From: Amphiscolops sp. MND2022
Lineage: Eukaryota
Assembly: GCA_964187785.1 (NCBI GenBank)
Contig: OZ076409.1
Coordinates: 75,828,001-75,892,000 of the forward strand
DNA: 64,000 nt
Direction: 5' to 3'
In this document: positions 36,301-51,300 of the stretch, piece after piece
How positions within the stretch are numbered: position 1 is the first letter of the stretch
Layout: each line of letters opens with the position of its first letter
Translations under genes and position numbers: made by a program
Notes under the pieces: model-generated
What the model was told of the DNA's origin: nothing
The model's input: only the letters and a program-made list of their open reading frames with translations
Database searches by the model: none

Positions 36301-39300
36301 TCGGGGAGATATAGCGTTTTTCCGGAGCGGGGGGGTTTCATTTTTCTAACGGTCCAGCTTATCTTTGCCATTTTTTCGAAAATGCACTCGCCTAAAGGCC
36401 TCCCCTGGCCGGTTTTATTCCCAGCAAAACCATTTGGCCCTAAATACGGAGTTTCAGCGTTCCAGCATTCCCGGGCGAAAAGTTGTGGGACTTAGAAAAT
36501 TTCAAAAATTTTCAAAAAATTTTTTTTCCGTTATTTGGGCCCCCAAAGTGGGGGAAAAGACCCCCCAACCAGTAAAGCAAGTGAATGCATGTGAAAAGCC
36601 CTTGTTTAGACGAGAAAAATGGCGTTTAGAACGTTTTTTTATCGTAACTTCACATTGACTTTTGTCGTTTTGAAGGTGACCGTTAGATACGGAAAATTGA
36701 TGTTTTGAGTGTTTATCCCATCTGAAAGCCATTGAGATATAACATGTTTTGCTCAAAACGTGTTTCATTGCAGTTTCGCTGTCCAATACCACCCTTTGGT
36801 GTCTTTTGACGTAATTTTCTTTTCTATAATAACAATTTCTTTGTGTATTTATTCATTTTTTTCTCATCAAATAACTTGAAACAGTTGAGTACATTCCATC
36901 TCCCTTCCCGGGGGAGATGAGAATGTACTCACTAAAGGTCAGGAACTACGGTCTATATCTTCCACAACACAAAAGGGATTGCAAATGGTTTCAGTTTGTC
37001 GCAGAAAACTTCTTTTTGCCCTCTGTGACTCGACAAAATGAACGTTTCTTACTTACTTTGAAACTCAGCATACCACAACTCATCTCTAACGTCAGCGCCC
37101 CCCTACTTGCATCAACGCCCACCGTCCGTGGGCATGCCGAGGCATGCCCTTCGACGACGTATACCAAGATATACCTGGAGCGCGGTAGCCGCTAGGTGGC
37201 CGTGTCTTTTCGACGTGCTTTTGCATTGAGGAGTGGGTAGGGCCCCGCGACGACCTAGAAGAATTGGATGCTCACCGAAACGTGCAGAATTCTACGAGAT
37301 CTCATAGTTTGAGCCATACGATTTTGCTGAAATTTGGCATGTGGCCTGGAATTGGTGAGTAGGTAAAACGTGTAGGAGGTGATTTTTCCCAAATTCCACT
37401 GTGAGACGAGATATGGGCAAATAACGGTCCCAAAAATGGCAAAAATGCACTTTTTTCAACTTTGTCAGCCCATATCTCGTTCCCAGGTGCCCGGAGCGGG
37501 ACGCGTTAAGCTGATTATAAACTCTAGGGTGTTGAGGCTGTACGGGGAAGTCAGGCCCGTTCCGATCGGACTTGTAGTCTTGGAGAAATAACGGTATTTT
37601 TGGGGAACCTTTTCTAACGGTCCAGCTTATCTTTGCCATTTTTTCGAAAATGTACTCGCCTAAAGGCCTCCCCCTGGCCGAATTTACTCCCAGCAAAACC
37701 ATTTGGCCCTAAATACGGAGTTTCAGCGTTCCAGCATTCCCGGGCGAAAAGTTGTGGGACTTGGAAAAATTCAAAAATTTTCAAAAAAATTTTTTTTTCG
37801 TTTTCCGGGTCCCCAATGAAGGGGAAACGACCCCCCAACCAGTATTTTGAGTGAATTCATGTGGAAAGCCCTTGTTTTGACGAGAAAAATACCGTTTAGA
37901 ACATCTTTTTATCTTGACTCAACGTTGACTTATGACGTTTTGAATGTGATGTAAGGATGTAGGAGGCATGTGATAAGTTGATGTTTTGAGTCTTTATCTC
38001 ATATGAAAGCGGTTGAGATGCAAGCTGTCCTGCTCAAAACGTCTTTCGTTGTAATTTTCCAGTGCACCAATACCCTTTGGTGTCATATAAACATACTTTT
38101 TGTCGATATATTAACAATTTTAATGTATTTATTCCAATTTTTATTATCTTATAACTCAAAACAGTTGAGTACATTTCATCTCCCTTTCGGGGGAGATGAG
38201 AATGTACTCGCTAAAGACCTAGCGCCATGACCAAAAGTTTGAAACCCACGTTTTTTATCTTCTTACAGACTTGTTTTTGTATTTTTTCGGAATTTTTTAA
38301 AAATTAATATACTTGAAATACATTACTTGACTTTACTACTACAACCCACCTCCAACGACAACGCCCCCCTGCTTGCATCAACGCCCACCGTCCGTGGGCA
38401 TGCCGAGGCATGCCCTTCGACGACGTATGCCAAATGCCCAGTGCCACGCAGTCATTATCGCTAGGTGCCGGGATTTCTATTCGATAAAGTATGTGGCGCG
38501 TGTGGGTAGGGTCCCTGGCGCGCTCTTGGGTATGGTGTTCACCAGCTAGGAAATAGGGGTCGATTTTTCGGGATCTCCTAAACTAGCCACACGATTTGGC
38601 TGAAATTTGGCACACGTACTCCCCTCGGCATGGTGAAGATGATTCCCTACTAGCGTTTTGCTCGCAAAATTTTTTTTGTTGTCCAAAATAACGGTTTTTG
38701 GGGGAAAATTTTGAACTTTTTTTAAATTTCATCTTATATCTCGCCACGGGTTCACGCTAGCGCTTCGAAACCCTGCTAAAGAAAGCTTGCAAACTGTCTC
38801 AGGAATGCGGTGTGAAATTTTCAGCTCAATCGGACTTAAACTCAGGGAGATATAGCGTTTTTCCGGAGCGGGGGGGTTTCATTTTTCTAACGGTCCAGCT
38901 TATCTTTGCCATTTTTTCGAAAATGCACTCGCCTAAAGGCCTCCCCTGGCCGGTTTTATCCCCAGCAAAACCATTTGGCCCTAAATACGGAGTTTCAGCG
39001 TTCCAGCATTTCCGGGCGAAAAGTTGTGGGACTTAGAAAATTTCAAAAATTTTCAAAAAATTTTTTTCCGTTATTTGGGCCCCCAAAGTGGGGGAAAAGA
39101 CCCCCCAACCAGTAAAGCAAGTGAATGCATGTGCAAAGCCCTTGTTTGGAGGAGAAAAATGCCGTTTAGAACGTCTTTTTATCTTGGCTCAACGTTGACT
39201 TATGACGTTTTGAAGGTGATGTTTGGATGTGTAAAGCACGTGAATAGTAAACGTTATGAGTATTTATCTGATCTGAAAGCCATTGAGATGCAATATGGTT

Positions 39301-42300
39301 TGCTCAAAACGTAATTCATGGCAGTTTGGCAATCAATCAACACCCTTTGTTGTCGTTTGACATACTTTTTTGTTGTTATAATAAAAAATTTTGTGTATTT
39401 ATTCATTTTTTTCTCATCAAATAACTTGATACAGTTGAGTACATTCCATCCCCCCTTCCGGGGGAGATGAGAATGTACTCGCAAAAAGCACCGAACTACG
39501 GCCCTTACCTTCCCGAGCTACGCAGTATAAGGATTACATATTGGTTCCGACATTTTCATAGAGTTAAATCTTGGTAATCTGTCTGGATATGCAGAAAAAT
39601 CAGCACGTGCCTTTTAATACCAAGTTGCTTACAACGACAATTAATTTATATCAACGCCCCCATATTTATCAATGCCCCCCGTCCGTGGGCATGCCGAGGC
39701 ATGCCCTTCGACGACCCGCACCAAAATATACGTCGAGCGCGGTAGCAGCTAGGTGGCCGTGTCTTTTCGACGTGCTTTTGCATCGAGGAGTGGGTAGGGC
39801 CCCGCGACGACCTAGAAGAATTGGATGCTCACCGAAACGTGCAGAATTCTACGAGATCTCATAGTTTGAGCCATACGATTTTTCTGAAATTTGGCATGTG
39901 GCCTGGAATTGGTGAGTAGGTAAAACGTGTAGAAGGTAATTTTTCCCAAATTCCACTGTGAGAGGAGATATGGGCAAATAACGGACCCAAAAATGGCAAA
40001 AATGCACATTTTTCAACTTTGTCAGCCAATATCTCTTTTCCAGGTGCCCGTAGCGTTCCGCACGTGAACATCAATATTGCTCAGCGCTGTTGGAGGAGTG
40101 CGTGGACAAATTTTGGTTTAAATCGGACTTAAACTTGACGAGAAATTAACGGTTTTTTGGGCGTTTCCGGGGTAAATTTTTTAACGGTCCAGCTTATCTT
40201 TGCCATTTTTTCGAAAATGTACATGCCTAAAGGCCTCCCCCTGGCCGAATTTACTCCCAGCAAACCCATTTGGCCCTAAATACGGAGTTTCAGCGTTCCA
40301 GCATTCCGGGGCGGAAAGTTGTGGGACTTGGAAAAATTTCAAAATTTTTTCAAAAATTTTTTTTCCCGTTTTCCGGGCCCCCAATGAAGGGGAACGACCC
40401 CCCAACCAGTATTTTGAGTGAATTCATGTGGAACGCCCATGTTTGGAGGAGAAAAATGCCGTTTAGCACATCTTTTTATCTTAACTTGACATTGACTTAT
40501 GACGTTTTGAATGTGATGTTAGGATATATGAAGCATGTTAAAAGTTGAAGTTTAGAGTCTTTATCTCATCGGAAAACCATTGAGATACAAGCAGTTTTGC
40601 TAAAAACGATTTTCATTGTAGGTTAGCAGAGTATTAGTACACTTTGATGTCATTTGAGTATTTTTTTCTTCTATATAATAACTGTTTTTATGTATTTATT
40701 CCAATTTATCTCATCTTTTAACATCAAGCAGTTGAGTACATTTCATCTCCCTTTCTGGGGAGATGAGAATGTACTCGCTAAAAACCTAATGCTATGGCGC
40801 CAATGTTTGGATGGGAAGTTTTCTATGCTTTGAAAAAAGTTATTTTTAATTACTTGATTTTTTAAAACAATAATTAACATGAAGTACATTACTTGCTCCT
40901 ACTACTACCACCATACATCTCTAACGTCAACGCCCCCTGCTTGCATCAACGCCCCATCGTCCGTGGGCATGCCGAGGCATGCCCTTCGACGACGTATGCC
41001 AAATGCCCAGTGCCACGCAGTCTTTCCCCGCTAGGTGGCCGTGTCTTTTCGACGTGCTTTTGCATCGAGGAGTGGGTAGGGCCCCGCGACGACCTAGAAG
41101 AATTGGATGCTCACCGAAACGTGCAGAATTCTACGAGATCTCATAGTTTGAGCCATACGATTTTTCTGAAATTTGGCATGTGGCCTGGAATTGGTGAGTA
41201 GGTAAAACGTGTAGGAGGTAATTTTTCCCAAATTCCATTGTGAGAGGAGATATGGGCAAATAACGGACCCAAAAATGGGGAAAATGCACTTTTTTCAAGT
41301 TTGTCAGCCAATATCTCATTTCCAGGTGCCCGTAGCGTTCCGCACGTGGACATTAATATTGCTCAGCGCTGTTAGAAGAGTGCGTGGACAAATTTTGGTT
41401 CAAATCGGACTGAAACTTGGCGAGAAATTAACGGTTTTTTGGGCGTTTCCGGGGTAAATTTTTTAACGGTCCAGCTTATCTTTGCCATTTTTTCGAAAAT
41501 GTACTTGCCTAAAGGCCTCCCCCTGGCCGAATTTCCTCCCAGCAAACCCATTTGGCCCTAAATACGGAGTTTCAGCGTTCCAGCATTTCCGGGCGAAAAG
41601 TTGTGGGACTTAGAAAAATTTCAAAATTTTTCAAAAAATTTTTTTTCCGTTTTCCGCCCCCCCAGAGGGGAAAAGACCCCCCAACCAGTATTTTGAGGGA
41701 TTGCATGTCGAAAGCCCTTGTTTTGACGAGAAAAATACCGTTTAGAACATCTTTTTATTTTAACTTGACGTTGACTAATGACGTTTTGAATGTGATGTTT
41801 GGACGTGTGAGGCATGTGAAAAGTTGATGTTTTGAGTCTTTATCTCATGTGAAAGCGATTGAGATGCAAGCTGTACTGCTCAAAACGTCTTTCGTTGTAG
41901 TTTTCCAGTGCCGCAATAACCTTTGATGTCATTTGAATATACTTTTCTTCGATATATTAACAATTTTATTGTATTTATTCCAATTTTTGTTATCTTATAA
42001 CTCAAAACAGTTGAGTACATTTCATCTCCCTTTCGGGGGAGATGAGAATGTACTCGCTAAAAACCTAGTGCTATTGCGCCGCAATGATTGCAAAAGTTGT
42101 TTTTACTGCTGTTCCACAAGCATTTTTAAACTGACTTTTTTAAAACTATTAATTAACTTAAAGTACATTACTTGAACTTACTACTAATACCACCTATCTC
42201 TAACGTCAACGCCCCCCTGCTTGCATCAACGCCCACCGTCCGTGGGCATGCCGAGGCATGCCCTTCGACGACGTATGCCAAATGCCCAGTGCCACGCAGT

Positions 42301-45300
42301 CTTTTCCCGCTAGGTGGCCGTGTCTTTTCGACGTGCTTTTGCATTGAGGAGTGGGTAGGGCCCCGCGACGACCTAGAAGAATTGGATGCTCACCGAAACG
42401 TGCAGAATTCTACGAGATCTCATAGTTTGAGCCATACGATTTTTCTGAAATTTGGCATGTGGCCTGGAATTGGTGAGTAGGTAAAACGTGTAGAAAGTAA
42501 TTTTTCCCAAATTCCACTGTGAGAGGAGATATGGGCAAATAACGGACCCAAAAATGGCAAAAATGCACATTTTTCAACTTTGTCAGCCAATATCTCTTTT
42601 CCAGGTGCCCGTAGCGTTCCGCACGTGGACATCAATATTGCTCAGCGCTGTTGGAGGAGTGCGTGGACAAATTTTGGTTTAAATCGGACTTGAACTTGAC
42701 GAGAAATTAACGGTTTTTTGGGCGTTTCCGGGGTAAATTTTTTAACGGTCCAGCTTATCTTTGCCATTTTTTCGAAAATGTACATGCCTAAAGGCCTCCC
42801 CCTGGCCGAATTTACTCCCAGCAAACCCATTTGGCCCTAAATACGGAGTTTCAGCGTTCCAGCATTCCGGGGCGGAAAGTTGTGGGACTTGGAAAAATTT
42901 CAAATTTTTTTCAAAATTTTTTTTTCCCGTTTTCCGGGCCCCCAATGAAGGGGAACGACCCCCCAACCAGTATTTTGAGTGAATTCATGTGGAACGCCCA
43001 TGTTTGGAGGAGAAAAATGCCGTTTAGAACATCTTTTTATCTTAACTTGACATTGACTTATGACGTTTTGAATGTGATGTTAGGATATATGAAGCATGTT
43101 AAAAGTTGAAGTTTTGAGTCTTTATCTCATCGGAAAACCATTGAGATACAAGCAGTTTTGCTAAAAACGATTTTCATTGTAGGTTAGCAGAGTATTAGTA
43201 CACTTTGATGTCATTTGAGTATTTTTTTCTTCTATATAATAACTGTTTTTTTGTATTTATTCCAATTTATCTCATCTTTTAACATCAAGCAGTTGAGTAC
43301 ATTTCATCTCCCTTTCGGGGGAGATGAGAGTGTACTCGCTAAAAACCTAATGCTATGGCGCCAATGTTTGGATGGGAAGTTTTCTATGCTTTGGAAAAAG
43401 TTATTTTTAATTACTTGATTTTTTAAAACAATAATTAACATGAAGTACATTACTTGCTCCTACTACTACCACCATACATCTCTAACGTCAACGCCCCCTG
43501 CTTGCATCAACGCCCCATCGTCCGTGGGCATGCCGAGGCATGCCCTTCGACGACGTATGCCAAATGCCCAGTGCCACGCAGTCTTTCCCCGCTAGGTGGC
43601 CGTGTCTTTTCGACGTGCTTTTGCATCGAGGAGTGGGTAGGGCCCCGCGACGACCTAGAAGAATTGGATGCTCACCGAAACGTGCAGAATTCTACGAGAT
43701 CTCATAGTTTGAGCCATACGATTTTGCTGAAATTTGGCATGTGGCCTGGAATTGGTGAGTAGGTAAAACGTGTAGGAGGTGATTTTTCCCAAATTCCACT
43801 GTGAGACGAGATATGGGCAAATAACGGTCCCAAAAATGGCAAAAATGCACTTTTTTCAACTTTGTCAGCCCATATCTCGTTCCCAGGTGCCCGGAGCGGG
43901 ACGCGTTAAGCTGATTATAAACTCTAGGGTGTTGAGGCTGTACGGGGAAGTCAGGCCCGTTCCGATCGGACTTGTAGTCTTGGAGAAATAACGGTATTTT
44001 TGGGGAACCTTTTCTAACGGTCCAGCTTATCTTTGCCATTTTTTCGAAAATGTACTCGCCTAAAGGCCTCCCCCTGGCCGAATTTACTCCCAGCAAAACC
44101 ATTTGGCCCTAAATACGGAGTTTCAGCGTTCCAGCATTCCCGGGCGAAAAGTTGTGGGACTTGGAAAATTTTCAAAAATTTTCAAAATTTTTTTTTTCGT
44201 TTTCCGGGCCCCCAATGAAGGGGAAACGACCCCCAACCAGTATTTTGAGTGAATTCATGTGGAAAGCCCTTGTTTTGACGAGAAAAATACCGTTTAGAAC
44301 ATCTTTTTATCTTGACTCAACGTTGACTTATGACGTTTTGAATGTGATGTAAGGATGTAGGAGGCATGTGATAAGTTGATGTTTTGAGTCTTTATCACAT
44401 ATGAAAGCGGTTGAGATGCAAGCTGTCCTGCTCAAAACGTCTTTCGTTGTAATTTTCCAGTGCACCAATACCCTTTGGTGTCATATAAACATACTTTTCG
44501 TCGATATATTAACAATTTTAATGTATTTATTCCCATTTTTATTATCTTATAACTCAAAACAGTTGAGTACATTTCATCTCCCTTTCGGGGGAGATGAGAA
44601 TGTACTCGCTAAAGACCTAGCGCCATGACCAAAAGTTTGAAACCCACGTTTTTTATCTTCTTACAGACTTGTTTTTGTATTTTTTCGGAATTTTTTAAAA
44701 ATTAATATACTTGAAATACATTACTTGACTTTACTACTACAACCCACCTCCAACGACAACGCCCCCCTGCTTGCATCAACGCCCACCGTCCGTGGGCATG
44801 CCGAGGCATGCCCTTCGACGACGTATGCCAAATGCCCAGTGCCACGCAGTCATTTTCGCTAGGTGGCCGTGTCTTTTCGACGTGCTTTTGCATTGAGGAG
44901 TGGGTAGGGCCCCGCGACGACCTAGAAGAATTGGATGCTCACCGAAACGTGCAGAATTCTACGAGATCTCATAGTTTGAGCCATACGATTTTTCTGAAAT
45001 TTGGCATGTGGCCTGGAATTGGTGAGTAGGTAAAACGTGTAGGAGGTAATTTTTCCCAAATTCCATTGTGAGAGGAGATATGGGCAAATAACGGACCCAA
45101 AAATGGGGAAAATGCACTTTTTTCAAGTTTGTCAGCCAATATCTCATTTCCAGGTGCCCGTAGCGTTCCGCACGTGGACGTCAATATTGCTCAGCGCTGT
45201 TAGAAGAGTGCGTGGACAAATTTTGGTTCAAATCGGACTGAAACTTGGCGAGAAATTAACGGTTTTTTGGGCGTTTCCGGGGTAAATTTTTTAACGGTCC

Positions 45301-48300
45301 AGCTTATCTTTGCCATTTTTTCGAAAATGTACATGCCTAAAGGCCTCCCCCTGGCCGAATTTACTCCCAGCAAACCCATTTGGCCCTAAATACGGAGTTT
45401 CAGCTGTCCAGCATTTCCGGGCGAAAAGTTGTGGGACTTTGAAAAATTTCAAAATTTTTCAAAAATTTTTTTTCCGTTTTCCGGGCCCCCCAATGAAGGG
45501 GAACGACCCCCAACCAGTATTTTGAGTAAATTCATGTGGAACGCCCATGTTTGGAGGAGAAAAATGCCGTTTGGAACATCTTTTTATCTTAACTTGACAT
45601 TGACTTATGACGTTTTGAATGTGATGTTAGGATATATGAAGCATGTTAAAAGTTGAAGTTTTGAGTCTTTATCTCATCGGAAAACCATTGAGATACAAGC
45701 AGATTTGCTAAAAACGATTTTCATTGTAGGTTAGCAGAGTATTAGTACACTTTGATGTCATTTGAGTAATTTTTTCTTCTATATAATAACTGTTTTTATG
45801 TATTTATTCCAATTTATCTCATCTTTTAACATCAAGCAGTTGAGTACATTTCATCTCCCTTTCGGGGGAGATGAGAATGTACTCGCTAAAAACCTAATGC
45901 TATGGCGCCAATTTTTGGATGGGAAGTTTTCTATGCTTTGAAAAAAGTTATTTTTAATTACTGGATTTTTTAAAACAATAATTAACATCAAGTACATTAC
46001 TTGCTCCTACTACTACCACCATACATCTCTAACGTCAACGCCCCCTGCTTGCATCAACGCCCCATCGTCCGTGGGCATGCCGAGGCATGCCCTTCGACGA
46101 CGTATGCCAAATGCCCAGTGCCACGCAGTCTTTCCCCGCTAGGTGGCCGTGTCTTTTCGACGTGCTTTTGCATTGAGGAGTGGGTAGGGCCCCGCGACGA
46201 CCTAGAAGAATTGGATGCTCACCGAAACGTGCAGAATTCTACGAGATCTCATAGTTTGAGCCATACGATTTTTCTGAAATTTGGCATGTGGCCTGGAATT
46301 GGTGAGTAGGTAAAACGTGTAGGAGGTGATTTTTCCCAAATTCCACTGTGAGACGAGATATGGGCAAATAACGGACCCAAAAATGGCAAAAATGCACTTT
46401 TTTCAACTTTGTCAGCCAATATCTCATTTCCAGGTGCCCGGAGCGGGACGCGTTAAGCTGATTATAAACTCTAGGGTGTTGAGGCTGTACGGGGAAGTCA
46501 GGCCCGTTCCGATCGGACTTGTAGTCTTGGAGAAATAACGGTATTTTTGGGGAACCTTTTCTAACGGTCCAGCTTATCTTTGCCATTTTTTCGAAAATGT
46601 ACTCGCCTAAAGGCCTCCCCCTGGCCGAATTTACTCCCAGCAAAACCATTTGGCCCTAAATACGGAGTTTCAGCGTTCCAGCATTCCCGGGCGAAAAGTT
46701 GTGGGACTTGGAAAATTTTCAAAAATTTTCAAAAAATTTTTTTTTCGTTTTCCGGGCCCCCAATGAAGGGGAAACGACCCCCCAACCAGTATTTTGAGTG
46801 AATTCATGTGGAAAGCCCTTGTTTTGACGAGAAAAGTACCGTTTAGAACATCTTTTTATCTTGACTCAACGTTGACTTATGACGTTTTGAATGTGATGTA
46901 AGGATGTAGGAGGCATGTGATAAGTTGATTTTTTGAGTCTTTATCTCATATGAAAGCGGTTGAGATGCAAGCTGTCCTGCTCAAAACGTCTTTCGTTGTA
47001 ATTTTCCAGTGCACCAATACCCTTTGGTGTCATATAAACATACTTTTCGTCGATATATTAACAATTTTAATGTATTTATTCCAATTTTTATTATCTTCTA
47101 ACTCAAAACAGTTGAGTACATTTCATCTCCCTTTCGGGGGAGATGAGAATGTACTCGCTAAAGACCTAGCGCCATGACCAAAAGTTTGAAACCCTTGTTT
47201 TTTATCTTCTTACAGACTTGTTTTTGTATTTTTCCGGAATTTTTTAAAAATTAATATACTTGAAATACATTACTTGACTTTACTACTACAATCCACCTCC
47301 AACGTCAACGCCCCCTTGCTTGCATCAACGCCCACCGTCCGTAGGCATGCCGAGGCATGCCTTTCGACGACGTATGCCAAATACCCAATGCCACACAGTC
47401 TTTCCCCGCTAGGTGCCGGGATTTCTATTCATTAAAGTATGTTGCGCGTGTGGGTAGGGCCCCTGGCGCGCTCTTGTGTCCCTGTTTTAAAATCTGCAAT
47501 TTCCGGCTGCTTTCGGAGCGATTTTCTAAACTATCCATACGATTCGGCTGAAATTTGGCATGTGAGTTCCTATGACAGTTCTAAGAAACATTTCCTACTG
47601 GCGTTTTGCCCGGAAAATTTTTTTTGTTGACTTATAACGGTTTTTTTGGCCAAAAAATGCAATTTTTTCAAAAATTTTTTTTTCGGAGCCCATATCTTTT
47701 TTCAGGGTGCCCGGAGCGGGACGCGTTAAACTGATTATAAACTCTACGGTTCATGGGCTTTACGGAGAACCTAGGCTCGTTTCGATCGGACAAATAGTCT
47801 TGGAGATATAACGGCATTTTTTGGGAATTTTTTGGAAATTTTTGTAACGGTCCAGCTTATCTTTGCCATTTTTTCGAAAATGTACTCGCCTAAAGGCCTC
47901 CCCTGGCCGGTTTTATTCCCAGCAAAACCATTTGGCCCTAAATACGGAGTTTCAGCGTTCCAGCATTCCCGGGCGAAAAGTTGTGGGACTTAGAAAAATT
48001 TCAAAATTTTTCAAATTTTTTTTTTCCGTTTTCCGCCCTCCCCCCCGAGGGGAAAAGACCCCCCAACCAGTAATTTGAGTGAATTCATGTGGAAAGGCCA
48101 TGTTTAGAGAAGAAAAATGCCGTTTAGATCGTCTTTTTATTTTAACCTGTCGTTGACTTATGTTGTTTTGAAGGTGATGTTTGGATGTGTGTGAAGCATG
48201 TGAAAAGGTAATTTATTGTGTCTTTAGCTCTTCTAAAAGTCATTGAGATACACGGTGTGTGACTCAGAACGTGTTTAATTCTAATTTAGCAATGCATCAA

Positions 48301-51300
48301 CACTTTTTTGTGTCTTTTGACTCTGTTAAAAAAACTTTTTTCCTCATAAATTGAAAAAATTTTAACAATTTTTCATTTTTTTTCTGATCTAATGACTCGA
48401 AACAGTTGAGTACATTCCATCTCCCTTCCCGGGGGAGATGAGAATGTACTCTCTAAAGACCAGCTACTACAGTACTTACTTTCCCCGAGCAACGCCCCAT
48501 AAAAATTGCGTTTTGATCATTCTATTTTGACATAAATCTATCTTTGTAATTTGACTGGAAATGAAGAAAATGCCGCACGTGCTCTTTTATATCAAGTATC
48601 TTAACAACGCCATCTCTTTTACGTCAACGCCCCATAGTTCACATCAACGCTCACCGTCCGTGGGCATGCCGAGGCATGCCCTTCGACGACGTATACCAAG
48701 ATATACTCCCGAGCGCGGTAGCCGCTAGGTGCCGGGATTTTCTATTCGACAAGTTTGCGCGCCTTGGGGAGGGTCCCTTTGCGCGCTTTAAGATCCAGGT
48801 GTTTCCAACTCCTAAACGGGCATGTGATTTCGACGATCTCCTAAACTAGCCATACGATTTGGCTGAAATTTGGCACACGTACCCCCCTTGGCACGGTGAA
48901 GATGATTCCCTACTGACGTTTTTCCCGCTAAACATTTTTTGTTGACCAAAATAACGGTTTTTGGGGTAAATTTTTCAACTTTTTTTAAATTTCATCTTAT
49001 ATCTCGCCACGGGTACACGCTAGCGCTTCGAAACCTTGCTGACGAAAGCTTGCAAACTGTCTCAGGAATGCGGTGTGAAATTTTCAGCTCAATCAGACTT
49101 GAACTCAGGGAGATATAGCGTTTTTCCGGAGCGGGGGGGTTTCATTTTTCTAACGGTCCAGCTTATCTTTGCCATTTTTTCGAAAATGCACTCGCCTAAA
49201 GGCCTCCCCTGGCCGGTTTTATTCCCAACAAAACCATTTGGCCCTAAATACGGAGTTTCAGCGTTCCAGCATTCCCGGGCGAAAAGTTGTGGGACTTAGA
49301 AAAGTTCAAAAATTTTCAAAAAAAATTTTTTCCGTTATTTGGGCCCTCAAAGTGGGGGAAAAAGACCCCCCAACCAGTAAAGCAAGTGAATGCATGTGGA
49401 AAGCCCTTGTTTAGACGAGAAAAATGGCGTTTAGAACGTCTTTTTATCTTGGCTCAACGTTGTCTTATGACGTTTTGAAGGTGACCGTTAGATACGGAAA
49501 ATTGATGTTTTGAGTCTTTATCCCATCTGAAAGCCACTGAGATACAACATGTTTTGCTCAAAACGTATTTCATTGCAGTTTCGCTGTCCATTAACACCCT
49601 TTGGTGTCTTTTGACGTGTTTTTCTTTTCTATAATAACATTTTTTCTGTGTTTTTATTCATTTGTTTTTCATCAAATAACTTGAAACAGTTGAGTACATT
49701 CCATCTCCCTTCCCGGGGGAGATGAGAATGTACTCGCTAAAGGCCGCGAACTACGGTCTATATCTTCCCCAACACAAAAGAGATTGAAAATTGTTTCATT
49801 TTGTGGAAAAAATTCTTCTTTTTGTACACTGTGACTCGACAAAGTGAACGTTTCTTACCTATTTTGAAACTTCCCTCACCAAAAACCATCTCTAACGTCA
49901 GCGCCCCCCTACTTGCATCAACGCTCACCGTCCGTGGGCATGCCGAGGCATGCCCTTCGACGACGTATACCAAGATATACCTGGAGCGCGGTAGCCGCTA
50001 GGTGCCGGGATTTCCATTCGATAAGGAATTCTGCGCGTGTGGGGAGGGCCCCTGGCGCGCTCCTGTGTTTTGGGTTTTCCTACTCCAAATTCACACCCCA
50101 GTTATCTCGGATCTCGAAAACTAGCCACACGATTTGGCTGAAATTTGGCACACGTACCCCCCTCGGCACGGTGAAGATGATTTCCTACTGACGTTTTTCC
50201 CGCTAAACATTTTTTGTTGACCAAAATAACGGTTTTTGGGGTAAAATTTTCAACTTTTTTTAAATTTTATCTTATATCTCGCCACGGGTACACGCTAGCG
50301 CTTCCAAACCTTTCTGACGAAAGTTTGCAAACTGTCTCAGGAATGCTGTGTGAAATTTTCAGCTCAATCGGACTTAAACTCGAGGAGATATAGCGTTTTT
50401 CCGGAGCGGGGGGGTTTCATTTTTCTAACGGTCCAGCTTATCTTTGCCATTTTTTCGAAAATGCACTCGCCTAAAGGCCTCCCCTGGCCGGTTTTATTCC
50501 CAGCAAAACCATTTGGCCCTAAATACGGAGTTTCAGCGTTCCAGCATTCCCGGGCGAAAAGTTGTGGGACTTAGAAAATTTCAAAAATTTTCAAAAATTT
50601 TTTTTCCGTTATTTGGGCCCCCAAAGTGGGGGAAAAGACCCCCCAACCAGTAAAGCAAGTGAATGCATGTGCAAAGCCCTTGTTTAGAGGAGAAAAATGC
50701 CGTTTAGAACGTCTTTTTATCTTGGCTCAACGTTGACTTATGACGTTTTGAAGGTGATGTTTGGAGGTGTAAATCACGTGAATAGTAAACGTTATGAGTA
50801 TTTATCTGATCTGAAAGCCATTGAGATGCAATATGGTTTGCTCAAAACGTAATTCATGGCAGTTTGGCAATCAATCAACACCCTTTGTTGTCGTTTGACA
50901 TACTTTTTTGTTGTTATAATAAAAATTTTGTGTATTTGTTCATTTTTTTCTCATCAAATAACTTGAAACAGTTGAGTACATTCCATCCCCCCTTCCGGGG
51001 GAGATGAGAATGTACTCGCAAAAAGCAGCGAATTACGGCCCTTACCTTCCCGAGCTACGCAGTATAAGGATTACATATTGGTTCCGACATTTTCATAGAG
51101 TTAAATCTTGGTAATCTGTCTGGATATGCAGAAAAATCAGCACGTGCCTTTTAATACCAAGTTGCTCACAACGACAATTATTTTATATCAACGCCCCCAT
51201 ATTTATCAACGCCCCCCGTCCGTGGGCATGCCGAGGCATGCCCTTCGACGACGTATACCAAGATATACATCGAGCGCGTTAGCCTAGGTGCCGGGATTTC

